Positions 1 through 6,432 of a stretch of DNA of 14,104 bases are shown one piece after another. Below the pieces are notes generated by a model. That model saw nothing but the letters and a program-made list of their open reading frames with translations. It ran no database searches and was not told the origin of the DNA. The position numbers were made by a program, and so were the translations under genes. Position 1 is the stretch's first letter. The number at the start of each line of letters is the position of its first letter. The stretch is from Oligoflexia bacterium (GTDB taxonomy: Bacteria; Bdellovibrionota; Bdellovibrionia; JABDDW01). The stretch covers positions 1 to 14,104 of the forward strand of contig JAYTHU010000089.1 in assembly GCA_043732305.1 (NCBI GenBank). Reading direction: 5' to 3'.

Positions 1-416
1 AGAGCACGGATGGCATCGAGTTGTTGGGTGACGGCCATGGATCCTACTTCTGCCGTGATTCCCGCTCCGACTCTTCCTGCAACCATAAGTCCCGCGAAAA
101 CCGGACCAAGTTCACGCACCAAGCTGAGAGCCACAATTTTAGGGACATAGAACTTTCCGCCAAAGCGGGCGAGTCCCAAACCAAATTGTAAAGCCATAAC
201 CATGCCGGTGCTAAATGCAGTTGTAGCAACCAATGCGAAAGATCGGACACCAATGTGATAAATTTGTTCGATCACTAAGGAGAAATAAAATGGTCCAGTT
301 CTGAGAGCTTTCCAACTTTCAATAACTAGTTTTCCAAGCCCGCCGGCAAAGGTAATAAACTGAGTTACCGTTCGTCCGACATTCAGACTAAGTTTACTTA
401 CAAATGGGCGTGTCAT
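1..416 (-). CDS. mlaE: MlaE/YrbE-family ABC transporter permease of an MCE lipid transport system; 5' part only, runs off the left edge
   Basis: Translated by hand from the ATG at 416: MTRPFVSKLSLNVGRTVTQFITFAGGLGKL...EQIYHIGVRSFALVATTAFSTGMVMALQFG...VALSLVRELGPVFAGLMVAGRVGAGITAEVGSMAVTQQLDAIRA. The RELGP...AGR.G...TAE.GSM..T.Q.DA signature is typical of MlaE. The ATG overlaps the upstream stop (ATGA, 413-416). Confidence 0.93.
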   Translation of the reverse strand, partial: MTRPFVSKLSLNVGRTVTQFITFAGGLGKLVIESWKALRTGPFYFSLVIEQIYHIGVRSFALVATTAFSTGMVMALQFGLGLARFGGKFYVPKIVALSLVRELGPVFAGLMVAGRVGAGITAEVGSMAVTQQLDAIRA

Positions 417-940
417 GGGACGTGGAACCCAGTGAGGAATTTTTCAAAATAGGAAACTTCTTTGTCAAAATTATTTGCTCGAGCAATGTAGGCTAAATCA
501 TAAGTGCAGCCATTTTTCTTATATGTAAGAACACTGACGCTGACGGGAATGCCGTCTGTTTTTCCGGAGACGGTGACACGTTCGGCGTCTCGACCGTCAA
601 ATGTTGTGGTTTGACTTTGTTCTATTTTCAAGTCGTCGATGCCGCTGAGAATATTTTCTTTGAGATGTTCTAAGCTCACCTCTTGATATTTTCTGCAGAG
701 GGAATTTACTGCAATTGTGTTTCCTGTTTTATCGCTTTGCCAAACGGCATCGGCGGTACTCATATTTATTTTTTGAAATGGTTTTTCTGGTGCATTGCTT
801 TTGTAGCTGAAACTTTTCACGGCGGCATCATCTTCGCCCACACCCAAAATTGCGCAGCCAGATTGAAGTCCGATGACTATTACTGCGAATGAAAAAACTA
901 AAAAATAAGGAATTGTTTTTTTAGCGGCGCGGCGGATCAC
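413..940 (-). CDS. Probable lipoprotein, possibly PsbP/Mog1p/DcrB-like fold, 175 aa
   Basis: GTG start with AGAGG 8 nt upstream. Basic N-terminus (RRAAKK), a hydrophobic stretch, then GLQSG-C, an imperfect lipobox. The C-terminal pattern (TTFDGRDAERVTVSG...VLTYKKNGCTYDLAY...FEKFLTGF) resembles PsbP/DcrB-like domains by eye only. Confidence 0.75.
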   Translation of the reverse strand: MIRRAAKKTIPYFLVFSFAVIVIGLQSGCAILGVGEDDAAVKSFSYKSNAPEKPFQKINMSTADAVWQSDKTGNTIAVNSLCRKYQEVSLEHLKENILSGIDDLKIEQSQTTTFDGRDAERVTVSGKTDGIPVSVSVLTYKKNGCTYDLAYIARANNFDKEVSYFEKFLTGFHVP

Positions 941-999
941 GGTGAATTCCTCTATTTGTTATCAACTTGGGGCACATATTCGTTTCGGAATTTTTCTGA

Positions 1000-1027
1000 A
1001 TCATATTAAGACTTTATTTGGTGTCAT
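1000..1027 (-). promoter_or_regulatory. Candidate sigma70 promoter for the lipoprotein-mlaE unit
   Basis: The minus strand reads ATGACA (1027-1022), 16 nt, TATGAT (1005-1000). Each hexamer matches TTGACA/TATAAT at 5/6, about 60 nt upstream of the GTG at 940. Confidence 0.4.
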
Positions 1028-1096
1028 AGCCTTGTCGCAGTGTCAAGTTTTTAGGTCTAGTCTCGCCGTGGCAAAGATTTTAATGGAGATGCGCGC

Positions 1097-1112
1097 TGGC
1101 ATCTACTTTGCG
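1097..1112 (+). promoter_or_regulatory. sigma54 (RpoN) -24/-12 promoter for the flagellar operon
   Basis: TGGCATCTACTTTGCG: GG at 1098-1099, exactly 10 nt, GC at 1110-1111, with both TGGCA and TTGC elements. It is intergenic and points at a flagellar operon that encodes a sigma54 activator. Predicted start site near 1123. Confidence 0.8.
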
Positions 1113-1169
1113 ATAGCAAGGAGCAGTGCTTCCGAAATTTAGGAGGCGCCTTATAACAAAGGGGATGTG

Positions 1170-1325
1170 ATGCTGCGTAAATGCTTTGAATTCTTAGGTT
1201 TGGTCGAATCTCGCGCGAAAAAACCCGCTTGGATTTCAAGCCAGTCCTGTGGAACTCTTGACGGTGTTCTTTTGATGCGACTCTTGTCTGGAAAAAACCA
1301 GCAGAAGAAAGGATTTTGGGGTTGA
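1170..1325 (+). CDS. Possible 51-aa leader ORF (uORF)
   Basis: MLRKCFEFLGLVESRAKKPAWISSQSCGTLDGVLLMRLLSGKNQQKKGFWG*. AAAGGGG lies just upstream, and the TGA (1323-1325) overlaps the TTG (1322-1324) of the TPR gene. No family recognised; it may be a chance ORF. Confidence 0.3.
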   Translation: MLRKCFEFLGLVESRAKKPAWISSQSCGTLDGVLLMRLLSGKNQQKKGFWG

Positions 1326-4183
1326 AAACGTCGTTCGCAGGTCTAGCCTTATTCGGAGTGATAATTGTGGGTGGAAACGCCCAGGCTAAAGTCAGCATTG
1401 TTAGCAAAACTTTGAAAGAGGCTTCGCACTTTGAGCTTTCCGGCCTTGGTGAATGGCGTTACGAAGTCAAACAGATGGACCGCGCAGGTGGACATATGGT
1501 CACGGTGCAATTTTCGGATATTAAACCCGAAGAATTGCAAACGCTGGAAAATTTCCGGGACAATCGCGTGCAGAAAGTCGTTGTCAAAGAAGGCTTAAAC
1601 AAAGAAGCCTCCGTGGATTTTTACCTAGCGTCACAAATGAATTTCTTCGATTACCAAACTGACGCGTCTTCTGAAGCTGGTAGCACTGGCAAGTTTGGAA
1701 ATCTCATATTCGATATTTATAAAGATGAGAAAAAATCTGCAAAAGCATTAGTGAAGTCGTCTAAATCAGAAAAAAGTCTAGGCTCTAAAGGTCTGCGAGG
1801 CGTTACCGGATTAGAGGGCATAAATAGCTTGGCAGGAACATTTGTGACTAAGCTTCCGGCAAAAAATAAAGCTTCCGGTCGTGGCATAGCTTCTGTTGAT
1901 AATCTCACAATTGGCAGTCAACCGCTTTTATCAAACGAGAAAAAAGCCGCACTTCCTGAAGATTATAATGTCTTGGATGTGGCCGATCGCGAGTACAAAC
2001 GTTTCACTCTGAGAGATGAAGATGTAAACGCTGATTCGATCATCAAAAGTGAAAAAGAAATCTATCTTCCTTTCCCCGCCTTAGTGACTCCCATCACTCC
2101 GAGTCTTGTTGATTTGGAAAGCAATAAAATCACCTTTGACGTGACACCTGAAAACACCGAAGAAAATAAAATCGTGCGTTTGATCTTGCGTCTCTTCAAT
2201 GAAGAGAAACTCGCAATGGCTCTGAAAACTCAGCAATTTTTCAAAGAGAAATATCCGGTTTCCAGCTACAACGAGATTCTTCATTTAATGAAAGCTGAAA
2301 TTTACTATAAGCTTTGGACGAAAAATAAAAGTGCGGCTGATTATCAGACCGCACTTTCTTTTTATAAAGAGCACTTGGTAAAGTTCCCTGAGTCCCCTTA
2401 TAAAGATAAGCTCGCCTATTTCATTGGGCTCAATTATTTTGACGGCGGTGAATATGTCGAAGCATTCGCTCGTTTTCAATCAGCCGTAAAAGATAATTCT
2501 AAGAGTACCTATTACTGGCCCATGAAAATGGCTATGGCCGAATGCTATCGTGCACTGAGACAAGAAGACCAGGCTTTGGAACTTTTAGACAGTGTTGAAA
2601 AGGATCCTAAATCCGGCGTTTACGCATCCCAAGCGGGATTCAAACGCGGCGATGTTTATTTTAAGTCTAAGAAATTTGAACAAGCAATCGCCGAGTATCA
2701 AACAGCTTTAAAAAAATATCCAAAGAACATCAATGATTCGCCTAATGCTTTTTACAATACGGCAGAATCGATGTTTAGATCCAAGCAGTATAAAAAAGCT
2801 TTGGACGCTTACCGCGTTTTCATTCAGAAATTTCCCGATCACGAATACGCAAGCTACGCCATGAATCGCTTGGCTTCACTTTTAGAAATTCTTGGTGCGC
2901 CGACCGATAAAATTTTGGGCGCCTACTTGGAATCTTATTATCGGTACCGCGGAACACCTGCAGCTTATATTTCAAAAATGCGCATCAATAAAATGCGATT
3001 TCCGAACATGAAGGCAAAGGAAGTAGACGCTGTGGTCAAAGAAGCATTCGACGAGATGCCAGTGGGAAAAATAGAAGACGTTCAGGCTTTCACCAAACTC
3101 ACGGTTGCTGATGGGTTTTTAGCGCGAAAACAATTTGATAAATCTTTTGATACTTATACTCGCTACTACAAAGAGAATGTTATGTCCGAGCATCTGCCCT
3201 TATTTAAAGACAGAATTTTGGGGCAAATCACAGACGAAATTAAAGATCTTAAAGATAAGAACGATGACATGGCGGTTATCCAAAAATATCTCAAGAACAA
3301 GGAAGGTTGGCTCAAAGACAACACTCGCGTGGACACTGATTATTATGTTGGCCAGGCTTACGAAGGACTAAATCTCTATGACGAAGCCACGAAACTTTAC
3401 GACGCTTCTGAAAAAAGAGTCGTGGCTCACACTGCCGGTCAAGAAGCACGCCGTCGCATATTCGAAGACGACGTTTCAAGTGACAGTTTAAGGCTTCGCG
3501 AGGCCGCTACTAGTTTTAAAAGTGATGATATAAAACGCGCCTCTCAACAATTGCAGGCAATTAAAAATGCTGCTGATCTCACTCCAGAAGAAAAAGTGGA
3601 GTTTGCTTTGGTCTCTGCGGATGTGGCGGAAAAAGAAGGACGTTTTGACACAGCTATTGGCCAACTCCAAAATTTGAGTGAAATGTGGAAGGGCAAATCA
3701 GAACTGTTGCTTAAACCCTGGATGAAGATTTCAAAAATTTATGATGCTAAAAAGAGCAAAGACCAAGCTGAAAATTGGGCGCAGAAGTCTTTGAATCTAA
3801 TCAAAGACGCTGAGGATCCCGCAAAACGTTTTGGTCTCTCCACAGTGCGAGATGTTTTGACATATTCTGCAGATCTTTATTATCGCGATGGGGAAAATAC
3901 TAAAGCGATTAAAGTTTACAAAGATCTGCTGGAAAATTTCATGGATGATAAAACACCTTCCGGTGCCCTGAAATATAAATTGGGCAAAATTTATTTTGAT
4001 CAAAAAAATATAATCGAAGCTAAGAAAATTTGGGGAGATCTTAAAAAAGACTCTGCCGTTAATCCAGGTGATGCACTCTGGAGTAAAATGGCTGCGGAGA
4101 ATCTCTCACAATACACTTGGTCTGAGAAATTCAAACGTTATGTTGATCGTAAACCAGCATCCGACAGTGGGAGTTCAAAATGA
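1322..4183 (+). CDS. Large exported tetratricopeptide-repeat protein (~953 aa), probably flagellum-associated
   Basis: I prefer the TTG at 1322 over 1316: AAAGGA sits 8 nt upstream and it gives a Sec-type signal peptide MKTSFAGLALFGVIIVGGNAQA|K. A beta-rich-looking N-domain and a K/S/G-rich linker precede many TPRs, e.g. AGFKRGDVYFKSKKFEQAIAEYQTALKKYP, AFYNTAESMFRSKQYKKALDAYRVFIQKFP and LKYKLGKIYFDQKNIIEAKKIW. Confidence 0.88.
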   Translation: MKTSFAGLALFGVIIVGGNAQAKVSIVSKTLKEASHFELSGLGEWRYEVKQMDRAGGHMVTVQFSDIKPEELQTLENFRDNRVQKVVVKEGLNKEASVDFYLASQMNFFDYQTDASSEAGSTGKFGNLIFDIYKDEKKSAKALVKSSKSEKSLGSKGLRGVTGLEGINSLAGTFVTKLPAKNKASGRGIASVDNLTIGSQPLLSNEKKAALPEDYNVLDVADREYKRFTLRDEDVNADSIIKSEKEIYLPFPALVTPITPSLVDLESNKITFDVTPENTEENKIVRLILRLFNEEKLAMALKTQQFFKEKYPVSSYNEILHLMKAEIYYKLWTKNKSAADYQTALSFYKEHLVKFPESPYKDKLAYFIGLNYFDGGEYVEAFARFQSAVKDNSKSTYYWPMKMAMAECYRALRQEDQALELLDSVEKDPKSGVYASQAGFKRGDVYFKSKKFEQAIAEYQTALKKYPKNINDSPNAFYNTAESMFRSKQYKKALDAYRVFIQKFPDHEYASYAMNRLASLLEILGAPTDKILGAYLESYYRYRGTPAAYISKMRINKMRFPNMKAKEVDAVVKEAFDEMPVGKIEDVQAFTKLTVADGFLARKQFDKSFDTYTRYYKENVMSEHLPLFKDRILGQITDEIKDLKDKNDDMAVIQKYLKNKEGWLKDNTRVDTDYYVGQAYEGLNLYDEATKLYDASEKRVVAHTAGQEARRRIFEDDVSSDSLRLREAATSFKSDDIKRASQQLQAIKNAADLTPEEKVEFALVSADVAEKEGRFDTAIGQLQNLSEMWKGKSELLLKPWMKISKIYDAKKSKDQAENWAQKSLNLIKDAEDPAKRFGLSTVRDVLTYSADLYYRDGENTKAIKVYKDLLENFMDDKTPSGALKYKLGKIYFDQKNIIEAKKIWGDLKKDSAVNPGDALWSKMAAENLSQYTWSEKFKRYVDRKPASDSGSSK

Positions 4184-5157
4184 TTCTTTCCAATGACGCT
4201 GAATTTAAACGCATCATTCAAATTGCCGCCAATGTGGCCACGAGCAAAGCCACAATTTTGATTCATGGGGAAAGTGGCACCGGTAAAGAATTACTTGCGC
4301 GCTTCATTCATGAAAAAAGCAGTCGTCACGGCAAAAGATTGATCGCGATCAACTGCGCGGCAGTTCCTGAGGGTTTGCTTGAAAGCGAACTTTTTGGCTA
4401 TGAGCGTGGCGCTTTCACTGGGGCGATGGGGCTTAAAATCGGTAAAATGGAACTCGCAACGAACAGCACGATATTACTCGACGAGATTTCGGAAATGCCT
4501 TTGATGCTTCAAGCAAAGTTGCTTCGAGTACTTCAAGAGGAAGAAGTGGATAGATTGGGCGCGCGTATGCCCACAAAGGTAGACATTAGAGTGATCGCTA
4601 CGACCAACCGCGATTTACGACAAATGGTGAATGATGGAAAGTTTCGCGAAGATCTTTATTATCGTCTAAACGTTATTCCTCTCACGATTCCCGCTTTGCG
4701 CATGCGTCCCTATGATGTGCAACTCTTGGCCGAACACTTCCTGAAAGTTTCCGCTATTCTAAATAATCGTAATATCGAAAAATTCTCATTCGGCGCACTA
4801 TTAAAACTTCAGAATTGGAATTGGCCTGGAAACGTTCGTGAACTTGAAAATGTTGTTGAGCGGGCTGTGCTGATGGCATCAAGTAGCGAAGTTCAAGGCG
4901 AAGACGTGCTGATTGAAAATATCTCGACGTTTGCCATGCCAGCAAAGTTTGACATGGGAGCGCTTGCCAGCGGAATGACATTGGCTGAAATGGAAAAGCA
5001 GTTGATTTTAAAAACTCTTGAGACCACTGGTCAAAATCGCACACGGGCTGCGGAAATTCTCGGCATCAGTATCAGAACTTTGAGAAATAAATTGGCGGAA
5101 TACCGTGCATCGGATCGAGATTTGCTCGCAATTCCAGAGGAGGTGCAAGTTGGCTGA
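4180..5157 (+). CDS. sigma54-dependent transcriptional activator (AAA+ plus Fis-type HTH) lacking an N-terminal regulatory domain, 325 aa
   Basis: Walker A GESGTGKE, ESELFGYERGAFTGA, Walker B LLDEI, FREDLYYRLNV, WPGNVRELEN and HTH NRTRAAEILGISIRTLRNKL. GGGAG RBS at 4169-4173 and ATGA overlap with the TPR gene stop. Confidence 0.96.
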   Translation: MILSNDAEFKRIIQIAANVATSKATILIHGESGTGKELLARFIHEKSSRHGKRLIAINCAAVPEGLLESELFGYERGAFTGAMGLKIGKMELATNSTILLDEISEMPLMLQAKLLRVLQEEEVDRLGARMPTKVDIRVIATTNRDLRQMVNDGKFREDLYYRLNVIPLTIPALRMRPYDVQLLAEHFLKVSAILNNRNIEKFSFGALLKLQNWNWPGNVRELENVVERAVLMASSSEVQGEDVLIENISTFAMPAKFDMGALASGMTLAEMEKQLILKTLETTGQNRTRAAEILGISIRTLRNKLAEYRASDRDLLAIPEEVQVG

Positions 5158-5563
5158 TATTTTTGACACCACAACAAAAGCGCTAGGCGCATCCTTAAAT
5201 TATCGATTGTTGAGACAAGACACCACTGCCGCAAACATTGCTAACGCGGAAACTCCTGGCTACAAAGCCAAAGTTGTCGAGTTCGAAGACGCGCTGGCTC
5301 GTGCGGTTGATCTCGATGGAAAAAATGGTCTCACCACGAGTGACCCAGAACATTTCGCTCTCGGCACTGGCGCTCTCGGACATGAACGCGTGACCGTGGA
5401 AGATAACCCTGACATTGACGTGAACAATGATCGCAACACTGTCGACATGGACAAAGAAGTTGGCGTGATGACGGAAAATAGCATCGCGTATAAAGCGGCG
5501 CTTCAATTGATAAATAAAAAAATGGCTATGCTTAAGTACGGGATCACTGAGGGAGGCAAGTAA
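5150..5563 (+). CDS. flgB: Flagellar basal-body rod protein FlgB (137 aa)
   Basis: RQDTTAANIANAETPGYKAK and DRNTVDMDKE motifs. The start is most likely TTG at 5150 after GAGGAGGT, not 5105, giving an 8-nt overlap with the activator gene. Confidence 0.96.
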   Translation: MADIFDTTTKALGASLNYRLLRQDTTAANIANAETPGYKAKVVEFEDALARAVDLDGKNGLTTSDPEHFALGTGALGHERVTVEDNPDIDVNNDRNTVDMDKEVGVMTENSIAYKAALQLINKKMAMLKYGITEGGK

Positions 5564-6000
5564 TGGATTTTTTGACGGGGATGCGAGTAAGTGGCAGTGG
5601 AATGACGGCCCAACGCACACGCATGGATGCCATTTCTAGTAATATCGCAAACGTAAATACCACCAGAACACCTGAGGGTGGGGCTTACCGTCGAAAGGAA
5701 GTTGTTTTCTCCGGAATGCCAGAGCAAAGAAACTTTGGCGAAATTCTTGCAGGAAAGGTTGATGAGGATATTGATCGCGTGCAGGTCGTAGACATTCGTC
5801 CAGATAGAAAAGGCCCGCGCATGGTTTATGATCCCAGTCACGTTGATGCAAATGCAGAAGGTTATGTGGCTTATCCAGATATCAACGTGATGCAAGAGAT
5901 GGTCGACATGCTTCAAGCTTCTCGAGGTTATGAAGCGAACGTTTCCGCGATGAACACGTTAAAGAATATGGCGCTAAGTGCAATAGAGATTGGTCGATAG
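5563..6000 (+). CDS. flgC: Flagellar basal-body rod protein FlgC
   Basis: SGMTAQRTRMDAISSNIANVNTT, YRRK, YDPSHVDANAEGYVAYPDIN and EMVDMLQASRGYEAN. TAATG overlap with flgB and a GGAGG RBS. Confidence 0.98.
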   Translation: MDFLTGMRVSGSGMTAQRTRMDAISSNIANVNTTRTPEGGAYRRKEVVFSGMPEQRNFGEILAGKVDEDIDRVQVVDIRPDRKGPRMVYDPSHVDANAEGYVAYPDINVMQEMVDMLQASRGYEANVSAMNTLKNMALSAIEIGR

Positions 6001-6040
6001 AAATTTTTTTGTAGAGAAAAGTTTTTGTAGAAAAAATTTA
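5998..6040. repeat. Short imperfect AT-rich tandem repeat in the flgC-fliE spacer
   Basis: TTTTTGTAGA occurs exactly at 6006-6015 and 6022-6031. AAATTTTTT (6001-6009) is the reverse complement of AAAAAATTT (6031-6039). Confidence 0.6.
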
Positions 6041-6056
6041 AAATGGAGAGTGAGCC

Positions 6057-6398
6057 ATGGATGGCTTAACGATCAGCAGTGCGCAGCAAATTTTAAATCA
6101 AGGGTTGACCACCAAAGATATCTCTCGGGTCGAGCAACCTACTGGACCCACCATTGGCGGCGGACCTAATAAAGTCGGTCAAGATTTTGTCAGTACTCTC
6201 AAAGAAGCGGTACAAACCGTCAATCAAGCACAAAAAGATTCAGATATAAAAATGCAGGAATTAGCCACGGGCAAATCCAACAATATTCACGAGACAATGA
6301 TCGCTGCGGAAAAAGCAGATATTTCTTTGCGCTTGATGGTGCAAGTTAGAAATAAAATTATCGAAGCCTATCAAGAAGTCATGAAGATGCAGGTATGA
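6057..6398 (+). CDS. fliE: Flagellar hook-basal body protein FliE
   Basis: C-terminal IHETMIAAEKADISLRLMVQVRNKIIEAYQEVMKMQV signature, located between flgC and fliF. Confidence 0.98.
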   Translation: MDGLTISSAQQILNQGLTTKDISRVEQPTGPTIGGGPNKVGQDFVSTLKEAVQTVNQAQKDSDIKMQELATGKSNNIHETMIAAEKADISLRLMVQVRNKIIEAYQEVMKMQV

Positions 6399-6432
6399 GT
6401 TTTCTGGGAATGTTGTTTAACGGGAGGCGAGC

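Noticed and set aside
44..253. 69-aa minus-strand ORF from the track
   Set aside because: It is an alternative frame inside mlaE; the real frame starts at 416 and carries the family motifs.
960..972. IHF site (TATCAA...)
   Set aside because: It lacks the TTR part of WATCAANNNNTTR.
1069..1084. Second TGGCA (TGGCAAAGATTTTAAT) as a tandem sigma54 promoter
   Set aside because: There is no GC at the -12 position (AA instead).
1065..1315. c-di-GMP-I (GEMM) riboswitch in the flagellar leader, suggested by GGCAAA
   Set aside because: I could not find the GNRA-capped P2 stem or the downstream GCAAAG/P3 elements, and the GGCAAA lies upstream of the predicted start site. An Rfam scan would settle it.
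942..1407. Track ORFs 942-1142 (+) and 1057-1407 (-)
   Set aside because: No recognisable motifs; they run across the promoter elements, and the second is antisense to the TPR gene start.
4100..4183. Frameshift or pseudogene explanation for the activator's missing receiver domain
   Set aside because: The upstream DNA is the intact TPR gene end, the activator frame has a stop at 4150-4152, and the ATG has its own RBS and an ATGA overlap.
5092..5109. TTGGCGGAATACCGTGCA as a sigma54 promoter
   Set aside because: GG-GC spacing is 11 nt rather than the required 10.
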